Source: Terriglobia bacterium (GTDB lineage: Bacteria > Acidobacteriota > Terriglobia > JAJPHL01 > JAPKYU01). From it: a stretch of DNA of 64,000 nt. The position numbers and the translations under genes were made by a program. The notes under the pieces are model-generated. The model made no database searches. It was not told the DNA's origin and was given only the letters and a program-made list of their open reading frames with translations. Where the stretch lies: NCBI GenBank assembly GCA_965206645.1, contig CBDBKE010000004.1:384001-448000 (forward strand). Direction: 5' to 3'. Positions 37,989 to 49,304 of the stretch are shown here, piece after piece. Numbering within the stretch: position 1 is the stretch's first letter; the number at the start of each line of letters is the position of its first letter.

Positions 37989-39647
37989 CCGGAATTTCCA
38001 TTTTGAGCTTCCCCTTCACCCGAAAACCTATGCCTCTTACCCTGTCGTGTCAATCGCAAATCGCCCGGGCCTCTTTGAGGTGGTAGTGCGGCACATTTTG
38101 GCTGTTCTTCGGAGTCGCTGTGCGGGTTTCGCCTGCCCAGCCTGCCTCGCCGCTGACACTTGTCCGGCCCGACCACTTCTGAGCACCTAAAATTACCCTC
38201 TCTCCTGGGTCGCTAGCCGTCTGGCAGCGGCAGTGCCGAGATCGTTCGCAGCATGCTGCTGAACAGCCTCCGGCTCAAGTGCCCTTCGGCCAGCAAAAGC
38301 CAGTAATATCGCGCATGTTTCACCAGCCGTCCTCCCGTTTTCACCAGCCGCTGCTGCAAACTCGTCAGCGACCAGTTGTTGATCCTCTTCGGTAGCACCA
38401 GCCGCCGCCACAGGTTTCCCAAGTTGTAGGCGATCAGGCTCAGCCATAGGCGCACCTCGTTCGACCGAAACCGATGGCAACTCAGCCGGGTCATCTTTAC
38501 CGCCTGCTTGCCTTCCTTGATCCATTGCTCTGCGGTGCCCCGCTTGTTGTAGAACCGGACCACCGCCCGGCTGTCGGTCTCCAGATTGGTGACGATGAAC
38601 CCCACGCGAGGGAACAGTTCGCCAAAGTGGAACTCCACCTTCGCCACCACCCGCCGCGCCTTTTTCCAACTGGCTGCCTGGTAGAGAAAGCTCTTGTGCC
38701 AGACCACCGGCTTGTGGCTCGGTCGCCCCACTGACCGCGTCAACAACTCCGCGATGTCCCTCTCCAGACTGTCGTTGGCCGGGATGCGAATCGCATACTT
38801 CACGTCCCGCTCCTCCAGTGCGTCGTAGATCTCCGGCTTGGCGAAGGCGGCGTCGGCGCGAAACACCACTTCCTTGCCCAGCTTCTGCTGCCGTTCGATC
38901 TCTGGCAGGAGAAGTTCTTCCCAATCCTCGGCGCTGTGCACGTTGCCGGGTCGCAGCTTGGCCGCCAGACAGTCACCCTCGCGACTGAACAGCAACAACG
39001 GGTGATAGCAACTCGACTCGAAATGCCCGTTGTAGGCGCTCTGCTCCTGTTCGCCGTAGACCGGGATCTCGGTGCTGTCCATGTCCAGCACCACCCGGCG
39101 CGGCGCATCCATAGCTTCCGCCCTGGCGATCAAATCCCGGTTGATCGCTGCCAAACCAGCAAGGTTCTCGTCTTGCGTCAGCAGTTCTGTCTCGAACGAC
39201 TGTAACCGGGAAGTCAGGGCTGCGCCACGTTCCCAGATCTTCTCCGAACCGATCAGCCGGAACGTCGGATCTTGGGAAAGCCGCTCGGCGTCGTTGACGT
39301 CTTCGTATCCTGCCAAGCGGCTGTAGATGGACTGCCGCAGCAAGTCAGCGAGGGGCAACCGGGTGTTCTTCCCCCGAGAGTCGATCAAGTGCTGTTCGAT
39401 AAGTTCGCCGAACCCCAAACGTTCGTCCAACTCGCGCACCACAATCAGACCGCCGTCGGAAGTGATTCGCGATCCCTGAAATGTGACCCGCAGAAACCGG
39501 TTGAATGACAGTTGAAACGCCTGTTTTTGGCTCTCACCCATTCGGTGTACACCTCCGGAAGGCAATGTTGATGCTGGAACCCGCATCAATACTGACGTTG
39601 GAGTCATTCAGAAGGTTGCCGCCGATAGTTCATAAAGGAAATCCGGG
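37989..39647 (-). mobile_element. IS1380-family insertion sequence
   Basis: Imperfect terminal IRs CCGGAATTTCCATTTTGA / CCCGGATTTCCTTTATGA (14/18) flank the transposase; no clear target duplication. Confidence 0.85.
38213..39541 (-). CDS. IS1380-family DDE transposase
   Basis: ITSDGGL, AGYEDVNDA, LDMDST, YNGHF, LRPGNVHS, RADAAF and YNKRGTAEQWIKEGK. Confidence 0.95.
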   Translation of the reverse strand: MGESQKQAFQLSFNRFLRVTFQGSRITSDGGLIVVRELDERLGFGELIEQHLIDSRGKNTRLPLADLLRQSIYSRLAGYEDVNDAERLSQDPTFRLIGSEKIWERGAALTSRLQSFETELLTQDENLAGLAAINRDLIARAEAMDAPRRVVLDMDSTEIPVYGEQEQSAYNGHFESSCYHPLLLFSREGDCLAAKLRPGNVHSAEDWEELLLPEIERQQKLGKEVVFRADAAFAKPEIYDALEERDVKYAIRIPANDSLERDIAELLTRSVGRPSHKPVVWHKSFLYQAASWKKARRVVAKVEFHFGELFPRVGFIVTNLETDSRAVVRFYNKRGTAEQWIKEGKQAVKMTRLSCHRFRSNEVRLWLSLIAYNLGNLWRRLVLPKRINNWSLTSLQQRLVKTGGRLVKHARYYWLLLAEGHLSRRLFSSMLRTISALPLPDG

Positions 39648-39729
39648 TTTATACCTACTTCGCCAGTGCGCCGTACCGGCTCGCCCGCGCTCCCCAGACC
39701 CAGAGCCAGACCTAAAGCCAGACCTCAAG

Positions 39730-40641
39730 TTAATCGCCGGCGCTCGACTCTTCGGCCTTCACACGCACCTGCGCTCCGGCCCAATCCTCGATGAGGGTAA
39801 TGGCCGACGCGTAGTCCTCCTCGCCGTGGCCGCGGGCAATGGAAGCGCCGAATAACTGGTGCACCACGGCCAGCCCCGGCAGCGGCACGCCCAATTCCTG
39901 GCCCGATTCCAGCATCAGCGAGAGGTCCTTGTGCATCCATTTCAAGGAGAAATTGGTGCTCCAATTCCCCTGAAACACCGCGTTCTTCTTGTACTGGTAG
40001 ATGCTGGCCTGAGCCGCGCTGTTCTGAACGATCTCGAACATCAGCTCAAGCGGAACGCCCGCCTTGGCCGCCAGCACAAAGCCCTCGCACATACCGTGGT
40101 AAGTCAAGGCCAGTACCAGATTCTGGGAAAGCTTGGCGTGCAGGCCCATACCGTTAGCGCCGACGTAGTACAGGTTCTTTCCCATCGGCAGGAAATACTC
40201 GCGGACGCGATCAAACACGGCGCGGTCGCCGCCAATCATAAACGTCAGAGTCCCCTTTTCGGCGCCCGCCTTGCTGCCGGTGCAGGGAGCGTCGAGAAAA
40301 TGCGCTCCCCGGGCGGCGAACTCGGCCGCCACGCGGCGGCTCACCGAGGGCGAAATCGTGCTGCAATCCACCACCGTGGCGCCTTTGCGAATGCCGTGGA
40401 GGAGGCCCTGCGGGCCGACCGTCATATCTTGCAAGTGGTCGGAATTCCCCACGCAGAGGAACACCAGTTCACACTTGGCCGCTAAATCGGCTGGTGAGGT
40501 CGCCACCTGGGCACCCTCTTTCCCCAGTTGCTTGGCTTTCTTCAGGGTGTGGCTGAAGACGGTCAGTGGGTGCTTCGCCGCCAGCAGCTGTCGCGCCATA
40601 GGCATGCCCATGATGCCCAAACCGATGAATCCCAGTTGCAT
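39730..40641 (-). CDS. beta-hydroxyacid dehydrogenase (2-hydroxy-3-oxopropionate reductase-like)
   Basis: GFIGLGIMG, DCSTISP, LDAPCTG, AKL and MHKDL. Confidence 0.9.
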   Translation of the reverse strand: MQLGFIGLGIMGMPMARQLLAAKHPLTVFSHTLKKAKQLGKEGAQVATSPADLAAKCELVFLCVGNSDHLQDMTVGPQGLLHGIRKGATVVDCSTISPSVSRRVAAEFAARGAHFLDAPCTGSKAGAEKGTLTFMIGGDRAVFDRVREYFLPMGKNLYYVGANGMGLHAKLSQNLVLALTYHGMCEGFVLAAKAGVPLELMFEIVQNSAAQASIYQYKKNAVFQGNWSTNFSLKWMHKDLSLMLESGQELGVPLPGLAVVHQLFGASIARGHGEEDYASAITLIEDWAGAQVRVKAEESSAGD

Positions 40642-40695
40642 TGTTTCCTCCGAGTAGATCGATTCATTGAAGATTGATTCATTGGGAAGTTTTTG

Positions 40696-41991
40696 TTAGC
40701 CTGCGACCAGCAGGCGGAGGTCCCGCACATTATTGCCGGTGGGACCGGTAACCAGCGCATCGCCGAGGGCAGCGAAAAAGGTATAGGAGTCGGAGCGGCG
40801 AAAGAAGGCGACCGGGTCCATCCCTCCGACTCGGGCACGGGCCAGCGTGGTACCGTCGGCCACCGCGCCCGCCGCCGGGCTGTTGCCGTCCACGCCGTCG
40901 GTTCCCGCGCTCATCACGACAATGTTCTCCCCCTCGATCTTCGTTGCGCAGTAAAGAGCAAACGCCAGGTTCCGGCCGCCAACCCCATCGCCGGTCACCG
41001 GACAGCTCAACTCCCCGCCGCTGATCAGGCAGACCGGCCCGCTGGCCTGCCGCCGCAAGACTCTCAGCTTGCCGAGTAGATGATCTGCGGCCTTCTCCAG
41101 CGGCCAATCGTCGCAGCTCAGGTCAGACTCCGGTTTCCAGCCCCGCGCTTCGGCCAGACGCAGTAGGGAGGCGATCCCGTCCGCATTGGCGAGGATCGCC
41201 CGGTAGTAGCAGTTTGCAAAGCGCCGATCGCCCGGCTTGGGCGTCTCCGGGATTTCCCCGGACCCCAGCCGCCTCCCGTACGGTTCAGGAAGCTGGGCCG
41301 CCATGCCGTACCGCTTCGCCACTTCCAGGCATTCGGCAACTGTGGACTCGTCCGCCATGGTGGGTCCGCTGGCTACCGTAGAGGGCGTGTCGGCCGGAAC
41401 GTCCGACACGTAGAGCGTAAGCTGCTTGGCCGGATAGGCAGCCAAGGCGAGGCGCCCTCCCTTGACTGCCGAGAAATGTTTCCGCAGCACGTTCATCTCG
41501 TAAATGTTGGCGCCACAGGTGACCAGAAGCCGGTGAAACGCTGCAGCGTCCTCCAATGGGATGTCGTCAAACAGGGGCTTCTCCAGCAACGCCGAGCCTC
41601 CGCCGGAGATAAGAAACAACAACAGGGTTTGTTCGTCAGCTTCGGTGGCCAGGGTGAGTGCGGCCTCAGCGGCTTCCAGGCTCTCTGCATTGGGATAAGG
41701 GTGGCCACCCACGATGTAGCGAAAGTGGGGAAGCAATTGCCGGGGCGGCGCGCTGGGCACCACCAAGCCGCGCACCCGGCCTGCGCCCATGATCTGGTCC
41801 ACCGTGGCCGCCATCTCTGCGGCTGCCTTTCCGAAAGCCACAACTCGAATGCTTCGGTACTGATCGAGCGCGTACAGGTCGCCGCTCACTTCCAGCACTG
41901 TGCCTTTGACCCAAATGCCTGCCTGCATCCGCAAAGGCAGCTCCAGCTCGCGGAGCGCATCCAGGAAGATCTGGCGGAGAAGTTCACGCAT
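40696..41991 (-). CDS. glycerate 2-kinase (DUF4147 + MOFRL)
   Basis: FGKAA, LISGGGSAL, RKHFSAVKGG, GGRN, GTDGVDG and TGPTGNNV.D. Confidence 0.92.
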   Translation of the reverse strand: MRELLRQIFLDALRELELPLRMQAGIWVKGTVLEVSGDLYALDQYRSIRVVAFGKAAAEMAATVDQIMGAGRVRGLVVPSAPPRQLLPHFRYIVGGHPYPNAESLEAAEAALTLATEADEQTLLLFLISGGGSALLEKPLFDDIPLEDAAAFHRLLVTCGANIYEMNVLRKHFSAVKGGRLALAAYPAKQLTLYVSDVPADTPSTVASGPTMADESTVAECLEVAKRYGMAAQLPEPYGRRLGSGEIPETPKPGDRRFANCYYRAILANADGIASLLRLAEARGWKPESDLSCDDWPLEKAADHLLGKLRVLRRQASGPVCLISGGELSCPVTGDGVGGRNLAFALYCATKIEGENIVVMSAGTDGVDGNSPAAGAVADGTTLARARVGGMDPVAFFRRSDSYTFFAALGDALVTGPTGNNVRDLRLLVAG

Positions 41992-42064
41992 GCAGGCTAG
42001 ACAAACTCTTCAAGACTCATTGCGGGTCAGGCAAGAATGGCAGGAGTGCCCTGCCTCGCGCGGG

Positions 42065-43054
42065 TCAGCCTTTGCGCTCCAGCACGTCGCGGTTCACCAG
42101 GGTGGGCGGGGTGCGCCCACTCAGTCCGGCAATGCAGTTCTCGGCAGCCAGAAGCGCCATGCGATCCCGCGTGGCCACAGAGCCGCTGGCAATGTGTGGC
42201 GCCAGCACCGCGTTGTCCAGCTTCAGCAGCTCGGGATGCACCTTGGGCTCGCGCTCAAACACGTCCAGGCCGGCGCCGGCCAGCCGGCCCGCCTTGAGGG
42301 CGTCTACCAGAGCCTGCTCATCCACCACCGGCCCACGCGCGGTGTTGATGAGGATGGCGGTGGGCTTCATCAGCGCCAGTGTCTCCGCGTTAATCAGATG
42401 CCGTGTTGTGGGCAGCAGCGGCACGTGCAAACTCAGGAAATCGGCCTCGCGCAGCACCGTGTCCCTCGGTACGAATTCCACACCCAACTCGCGCTCCACC
42501 TCCGGCTTGGGGCGAAACTCGTCGTAATAGATCACCCGCATGTCAAACCCGCGAGCGCGGCGCGCCATGCTGGCGCCGATCCGCCCGATTCCCAGCAGAC
42601 CCAGCGTGGCATGGTGGATGTCGGCTCCCAGGAACAGGTCCATCTTCCATTCCTTGAATTCCCCAGCACGCACGAAGCGGTCGGCCTCGGCGACGCGACG
42701 CGCCGTGGTCATCAGCAGGGTGAAGGCGAAATCGGCGGTGGTGTCGGTGAGTACATCCGGCGTGTTGGTGAGCATCACGCCGTGGCGAGTGGCGGCCGCT
42801 ACGTCCATATTGTCGAAGCCGACAGCCACGTTGCAGGCGATCTTCAAACCGGGTGTGGCGGCGAGCAGCTCCTCATTGATCTTGTCCTGTAGCAGGCAGA
42901 TCAGCCCTTGCCGGCCGGCCAGCCGGCCCCGCAACTCCTCGGCCGACAGCGCCCGGTCTTCTTCGTTGACATCCACGTCGTAATTTTGCTTCAGCATCTC
43001 GATCGCTTTCTGCGGGATGCGTCGGGAAACCAGAACTTTGGCACGTTCGCTCAT
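42065..43054 (-). CDS. gyaR: glyoxylate/hydroxypyruvate reductase (D-2-hydroxyacid dehydrogenase)
   Basis: AVGFDN, TNTPDVLT, GIGRIG, INTARG, GLDVFERE and PHIAS. Confidence 0.9.
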   Translation of the reverse strand: MSERAKVLVSRRIPQKAIEMLKQNYDVDVNEEDRALSAEELRGRLAGRQGLICLLQDKINEELLAATPGLKIACNVAVGFDNMDVAAATRHGVMLTNTPDVLTDTTADFAFTLLMTTARRVAEADRFVRAGEFKEWKMDLFLGADIHHATLGLLGIGRIGASMARRARGFDMRVIYYDEFRPKPEVERELGVEFVPRDTVLREADFLSLHVPLLPTTRHLINAETLALMKPTAILINTARGPVVDEQALVDALKAGRLAGAGLDVFEREPKVHPELLKLDNAVLAPHIASGSVATRDRMALLAAENCIAGLSGRTPPTLVNRDVLERKG

Positions 43055-43273
43055 AGAGGCCTCGTTTCAGATAATCAGCGGCCCATCCTACAGTCTTGAC
43101 GCTTGCCGCGCAAGTGGGTGGTGCCATTGGGCAAACAGTCCCCCAGGCCACTCAGGCGCCAGGTGGTGCCCGAGGGAACTTAGCCTGTTCCCATCCGGGG
43201 CATGAAACCTTGCAGGCGCGGGTGGAATCATATTAAGTGCAGGCTTTTTTGCGCAAGGAACGGCTTGCTGGCA

Positions 43274-44122
43274 ATGGCTATAGAGACGAGGTCGGCGAAG
43301 CGGCTTTCGATCCTGCCGAAACCTTTGGCCGCTATCTTGCTGCTTTCGCTTCTCTATTCGGGCAGTTCGGTCGAGCCGCGCCCGACCAAAGAAAATCCGA
43401 GCCCGGCGCCTGCCCTTGAGAGTCCGGGGCACTACAGTTGGGACAAGGTCCGGGGCGGGATGCGGGAACTCCGCAGCCGATTTGACGCCAAGCAGCTCGC
43501 GTTGCTGGAAAAATTGAATCGCAGCGACCTGCGCCATCTTGCCCGACAGGATGGTCTTGTGATTCCCGAGCGGTGGGACCTCGATGAGCTTGCCTACAGC
43601 TCGCTTGCTCACACCTACACTTGGGCCGAGCAATACCCCAAAGCCGTCGTCATCCGCCAACCACTACAAGTGTTCGGCGCGTACCAGAAGGGGAAGCTGG
43701 TTCACTGGGGCCCGGTCAGCACGGGACGAAAAACCGCGCCCACCCCGTCCGGTCTTTTCCACATGAACTGGAAGTCCAAGGGGCGCCACAGCACGGTCAA
43801 CGCGTCCTGGTTCATGCGCTGGTACTTCAACTTCCACCCAAAACGCGGGCTGGCTCTGCATGCGTATGGATTGCCGGGACACCCGGCCAGCCATGCCTGC
43901 GTGCGTCTGCTGCCCCGCGACGCCAAATGGCTATTCCATTGGGGGGAAGGCTGGAAGCTTGGCCCGCACAGCTGGGACGTGGGAGAGCAAGGCACCCCGG
44001 TGCTCATCCTGGGTCATTACGACTTCAATTCCCCGCCCCCCTGGCACTCCACTGACCGCATTCAGGCAGCGACCAATCTGCCGGTGCCCACCCCTGAACG
44101 CCCCATTCCCAACTCCGGCTGA
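43274..44122 (+). CDS. L,D-transpeptidase (YkuD domain)
   Basis: GPVSTG...TPSG and ALH...PASHACVRL. Confidence 0.9.
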   Translation: MAIETRSAKRLSILPKPLAAILLLSLLYSGSSVEPRPTKENPSPAPALESPGHYSWDKVRGGMRELRSRFDAKQLALLEKLNRSDLRHLARQDGLVIPERWDLDELAYSSLAHTYTWAEQYPKAVVIRQPLQVFGAYQKGKLVHWGPVSTGRKTAPTPSGLFHMNWKSKGRHSTVNASWFMRWYFNFHPKRGLALHAYGLPGHPASHACVRLLPRDAKWLFHWGEGWKLGPHSWDVGEQGTPVLILGHYDFNSPPPWHSTDRIQAATNLPVPTPERPIPNSG

Positions 44123-44318
44123 GATCCACCCGCCTGAGATACACGTGGGGGTAATGGGTCAGTTTCCGGAAGGGCGTTCAGTGCCGGTGATTCTAGAACC
44201 ATGCTACTAAGCTGAGAAAGGCCTCGGCCGCTGCAATCCCAAGCTAGACGACACGCCAAGATCAATGTACCGTCTCGTGAAATATGCCGGCGAAGAGCCG
44301 CAGACTGCGCAAAATCCT

Positions 44319-44761
44319 TTACTGAGGGTCACGTTCAATCAATTCGGCGATTGTATGGTGCTCGATTCCGCCTTTTGCAGGGTGATGGGCTTTAAGGATG
44401 ACCAGTTGGAAACGACCTTGGGTGGCACCAGCGCGTAGGTCTAGCACGGATTCCTTCGACCAGTGACCAAGATTGCCGTGAGGGCCTACGGAGGTGACCT
44501 TGTAGGGCTTGTGGCCGGTTGCGATCGTTGGATGGCCGATGTCAGAGATGTCGACATAGTGGGAACCCGAGCCGCCGCTGATGCCAATAAAACCGGCTCC
44601 ACACGTCATACGGTGAGCCTGAAAATCCTCTAGTTCGACCGGTTCCACCTTTTCGATTCCGACTTCTTCGCCGAAGCGGACAATTTGGAGTATATGGCTC
44701 CCAGACTCGCCGACACACCGCGTCTCATAGGCAAGGTAACCGTTGCCAGCACAGAAGTAGC
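44319..44761 (-). pseudogene. hypothetical gene remnant truncated at its 5' end by IS256
   Basis: Open frame running right up to the IS256 left IR; lower GC than its neighbours. Confidence 0.5.
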
Positions 44762-46199
44762 GAGAGTGTCTCACCTTTAGTTGAAAGTTGAGCGGCGGTT
44801 CGCTGACCTGGTTCCGTAGAATCGGGTTGGGAAACTTTCTGGAAAGGGGAACCGCCGTGCAGAGAAGCTACCACATCCTAGGCCGGAGCGATAGCCGAAG
44901 CTCCCGCAAACTGGCTGCCTACCTGGCTCGCCACGGGCAGTTTCTGCTGCCCTGGGTGGAGTTGATCGAACAATCGCGGTTAGCCGTCGACGAGCTGATC
45001 GACGTGGTGGGTAGGGCGGCGATTGAAGCGGTGCTGGAGTTGTCGGCCGCGCAGGTGGCCGGTCCACGCCGTCAGGGCCGGCGGCGCCGTGGGGTGGGCT
45101 GGTATGGGCGCCAGCGGGGACGGGTGCGCCTGAAGGAGAGAAAGCTGGCCGTGCACAGGCCACGGCTCCGGCGGCCAGGCCGGGGAGCGGGGAAAGAAGT
45201 TCCCCTCCCGGCCTACGAAGCCATGCAGGAGGGCGAGGGTCTGGGGGCCCGGATGTTGGATATCTTGCTGCGGGGCGTCTCGACCCGGCAGTACCAGCGG
45301 GTGTTGCCGGAGATGGCGGACACCGTGGGTGTGTCGCGCTCCACGGTCAGCCGGGAAACGATGGAGGCTGCCGCAGCCGAGTTAGAACGTCTGTTGAACC
45401 GCCGCTTCGAGGAAGTAGAGTTGCTGATCCTCTACATCGACGGGATGGTGTTTGGCGACCATCACGTGATTGCGGCTGTGGGCGTGGATGCGGAAGGGCA
45501 CAAGCACGTGCTGGGGATTCAGCAGGGGGCTACGGAGAACGCCGCGGCCGTCCAGGACTTGCTGGAAGGTTTAGTGCGGCGAGGGGTGCAGCCGGCCCAG
45601 AAACGGCTGTTTGTGATCGACGGCTCGAAGGCCTTGCGGGCGGCGATCCGCGCCGTGTTCGGGGCCGAGCAGCCGGTGCAGCGCTGCCGCGCCCACAAGT
45701 TGCGCAACGTCCTGGACCGGTTGCCGGAGCCAGAGCGGGACCAGGTGCGGGCGGCGATGCGGGCCGCCTGGCGGTTGGATCCGAAGACCGGCAGGGCCAA
45801 GCTGGAGAAGTTGGCCCAATGGTTGGAGCGAGATTGTCCGGCCGCGGCGGCCAGCTTACGGGAGGGTCTGGAGGAATGTTTCACCATCAACCGGCTGGGG
45901 CTTCCGGCTTCGCTACATCGCTGTCTGGCACCACCAATCTCATCGAGAGTCCGCAGGCGGGAGTGAGGTTGCGAACTCGCCGGGTGTGCCGCTGGCGGGA
46001 TGCGGCCATGGTCCAGCGCTGGGTCGCCTCCAGCTTCCTGGCCACGGAGAAAAACTTCCGCCGCCTGATGGGGTACCAGGACCTGTGGATGTTGAAAGCG
46101 ATCCTCGAAGGATCAAAGTCGGCCACTCGACGGGAGGTGGCGTAGTATGATGGCTCCGAACCGCCGCTACGAACTTTCAACTGAGTTCAGGACACCCTC
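44762..46199 (+). mobile_element. IS256-family element
   Basis: IRs GAGAGTGTC...AGTTGAAAGTT / GAGGGTGTC...AGTTGAAAGTT; flanks do not form a target duplication. Confidence 0.88.
44857..46145 (+). pseudogene. IS256 transposase with a 1-nt frameshift near 45929
   Basis: GVSTRQY, LYIDG, FVIDGSKAL and QRCRAHK; CL[A]TTNLIESP is split between ORFs 44788..45966 and 45819..46145. Confidence 0.88.
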
Positions 46200-46461
46200 C
46201 TCTCATGATCAAATGTTAACTCGTGTCGTCTAACTTATGTTTGGCCGACCTGGATGAAACCGGCCCTGGCCGCCCTAAGACGAAACCCCTGCACGCGGGT
46301 CGCGGCGAGTTGTTCATGAAGCTCCGCTCCAAGAAACTTTTGGTGCTGGAAACCATACTTCAACTAGAACGCCCGGTCAACCTGGGCTCCCCGACCTGGA
46401 TGTATAGTCGGCTTACCGAAAACTGACCCACTACTCGGCTGGGATACACTTTGGTGCCGCG

Positions 46462-47694
46462 TTACTTTTCCCGGTAGGCGGCCAGGGCCGGGTGGTGCAG
46501 ACCGTGCCGGCGAATGAACCAGATGACAGACAAGAAGCAGATGCCTCCAGCCACCTGCGCCGCCAGCGCGGTGTGCATTGCGGTCAGCAAGCCGTAGCGG
46601 TCGGCGATTTTTCCAACCAGCCATCCTGCAGGGACGGTGGCGCAGAGGTTCACAAAGAAGTAATTTAACCCCAGCGCGGTGGCATGGGCGCGCGCCGGAA
46701 TCAGGTCATGGATGGTAGCGGCCGACGGCCCGTGGTACCAGGTCATGAAGAAGCTGCCCAGGGCGAAGGCGCCGAGGAAGTGCAATTTGCTCGGCGTGTT
46801 CAGCGCGTACAGGATGAGCGGCGCAGAGATTAGAAATCCTAGCGAAATCGCCAGAACACGACCCCCGGGAAAGACGCGCGCCAAGCGGTCGGCCAGGGCG
46901 GCGCCGGTCAGGACCCCGAAAATGCCGGCGACCACTACGATCGAGCCCAGGCTGATGCCGGCTTCGCGCAGTCCCATACCTTTATGTTCGTGAACGAAGG
47001 TTGCGCCCCAAATGACATAGGTGTGACCAGCAAAGGTGATGAACCAGCTGCTCACCATCACCATCAGGAAGGCCGGGACCCGCAGCAGATCACGGATGGG
47101 GACTTGCTTTTCACTGCGCTCGCGGCGGGGTTCCGGCAGGCGCAGGACCGTCAGCGCCAGAATCAACCCCGGGATCCCGACCAGGAAAAAAGCCGGGCGC
47201 CAGCCCACCCACTCCGCCAGGATGCCGCCCAGGGCAATTCCCATGGCGCCGCCGATGAACATGCCCAGGTCGAATCTCCCCTGCACCCGGGCGCGGACTT
47301 CGCCAGGAAATGTAGCCGTCACGATGGCGCTAGCGGCCGGCGTATAAGCAGCTTCGCCCACTCCCACCATGGCCCTTGCCACGAGCAAGGAGCGGAAGGA
47401 GGTGGCGAGGCCGCTTAGGAAAGTTGCCCCGCTCCAGAACAAAATGCCGTAGCTGATCACTTTCTTGCGCGAGGTGCGGTCGGCCAAAATGCCCAGCGGC
47501 AGGGTGCCCACGGCATGGACAACACTGAAGACTGCAACCAGCAAGCCGATCTGCGAATAGTTAAGCGCAAACTCCGCGCCAATCAGCGGGAACAGCGGGT
47601 AAATGATCTGCCGGTCCAGATAGTTGACAAAATTCAGCAGCGCCAGGATCAGCAGGACTTTCTTCTGAGGGCCGGTGAAACGTGGCGTTGCCAT
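46462..47694 (-). CDS. MFS transporter (spinster-like)
   Basis: LNFVNYLDRQI, GILADRTSRK and ARAMVGVGEA; ~12 TM segments. Confidence 0.92.
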   Translation of the reverse strand: MATPRFTGPQKKVLLILALLNFVNYLDRQIIYPLFPLIGAEFALNYSQIGLLVAVFSVVHAVGTLPLGILADRTSRKKVISYGILFWSGATFLSGLATSFRSLLVARAMVGVGEAAYTPAASAIVTATFPGEVRARVQGRFDLGMFIGGAMGIALGGILAEWVGWRPAFFLVGIPGLILALTVLRLPEPRRERSEKQVPIRDLLRVPAFLMVMVSSWFITFAGHTYVIWGATFVHEHKGMGLREAGISLGSIVVVAGIFGVLTGAALADRLARVFPGGRVLAISLGFLISAPLILYALNTPSKLHFLGAFALGSFFMTWYHGPSAATIHDLIPARAHATALGLNYFFVNLCATVPAGWLVGKIADRYGLLTAMHTALAAQVAGGICFLSVIWFIRRHGLHHPALAAYREK

Positions 47695-47930
47695 CGCTGC
47701 CTCCACACAGAGCGGTTGCCTCCACACAGAGCCCCCAGGGGGGAGGCCGTCGCTTTTCGAACGCCGAGTCTCGTCCACGCGGGCGCGGTTGTCAACCAAC
47801 TTCGGCGCGCTGTCCGACAATGTTAGTGGGTATGCGGTGGCGGGCTGCCTAGTCTAAAGTAATAGGTTGGTCGCTATATGTTATTAGTTACAACAAATAG
47901 ACTTATACGCAACACCCATTCTTTGATTAT

Positions 47931-49255
47931 TCATAGTCTTTCTTGGAAGACGAAATAAGAGGACGTCCACATGTGGGTGGGGATGGAGCCCGGGGCGGCT
48001 GCCGTCAGGATGATTTTGAACAGGTCGCCGTCGCCCAGCGTCTCGAGCAGGTTCTGAGAAGCCCGCAGAGGCTCGACCCGCGCCAGATAGCTCAGGATGT
48101 CGAAAATGACCTCGGTCGCCGGTGCCGGCCGGGTGCGAAAATCGTCGGCGACGAACTCCAGTTGCGAATCAATCTCGTGGAAGTGCCATGCCAGCGCGGC
48201 GCAAAAGTCTACGGCTCGTTCGAACCGCTCCAGCATTTTCCCGTCTGGGAGCTGACCGGGCGGCCCGACATCGGGTAAGCAGCGGTCAAAGACCAGTTGC
48301 ACCCGCCGCTCGTCCTCCCGTGCGAACTCCCGCACCTTCAAGGCGGAGGTGTGAGCCGACGCCTTCCAATCCACAACGCGTGCGCTGTCGCTAGGTTGGT
48401 AGTCGCGGATGTTGTACAGGTCGTGCCCCCGCCCGCGGTAGAAGCTCTCCAGTTCCCCGCTGAGCAGCGGCAGGATTTCATGAAACTCCTCGGTCGGCTC
48501 CACCGCCGGATAAACCAGCAGCTCGTGGTGTACGGGCACCTTCAGTACTTTTTCTAAATAACCGAATGGGAAGCGGGACCGGAGCGCGAACTGCTCCTGG
48601 CGATAGCTGCCCCGATGAGGAAAGCGCACCTCGATCGACTGCGCTACGGTAGAACCGCCCCGCAGGTAGGGGAAGTAGACGCCCGGCCCGAGCAGGTCAT
48701 CGATGGGCGTTTCCGGCGGATGCGTTGCAGCCAGCGCTTCGACGTCTCTAACCCTGTCACGGCCACTGAGAAGGACGGTAGCCGCCACTTGCCGTTGCGG
48801 AGTCGCACGCGGGCAAGCGCAGGCTGGCGGGCAAAGACGTGGTCAGGCAGCAGAATGTCCAGCTCCAGGCTCCGCAGCACCATGCCCGACACCACCCCGG
48901 AGACCAGCAAGGAAGCCAACATCGCCGCCAGGATTAGAAACAGCATATTGTTCCCGGTGTTCAGCGCGGCGATACTCGGCACGAAGATGCTGCCTATGAA
49001 CAACGAGCCGGCGCGCGTCAGGTGATAATCCACGCCGGCCCGGAGCCAGCCGATGTTTGTGCGCCGTGCCAGGTAGGGGACCGTCGTCACGGCAACGAAG
49101 CCGGCCAGAGCCAGGGCCAGCGAACCGGTCACGGCGACGCCCAGCAGGCTGCCCTCCTTCGCCAACACGCCGGAATACACCGCCATCAGGAAGGCAATGG
49201 AAAGGGCCAGCATCCCCCCTCCAAACCGCTTCCAGGCGGGAACGTCAACTGCCAT
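47931..49255 (-). pseudogene. DUF58-domain protein with a 1-nt frameshift near 48706 (possible sequencing error)
   Basis: AALNTGNNML in the 5' ORF; SRFPFG, LVYP, IRDYQPSD..R.VDWKASA and VREFARE in the 3' ORF. Confidence 0.85.
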
Positions 49256-49304
49256 AGGGGATCAGAAAAACGCTGTGCTACAATGGAGAGCGGTCAGAAA
49301 CCAA

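Noticed and set aside
39693-39727. Short (A/G)CCAGACC repeats beside IS1380
   Set aside because: Too short and degenerate to support any function
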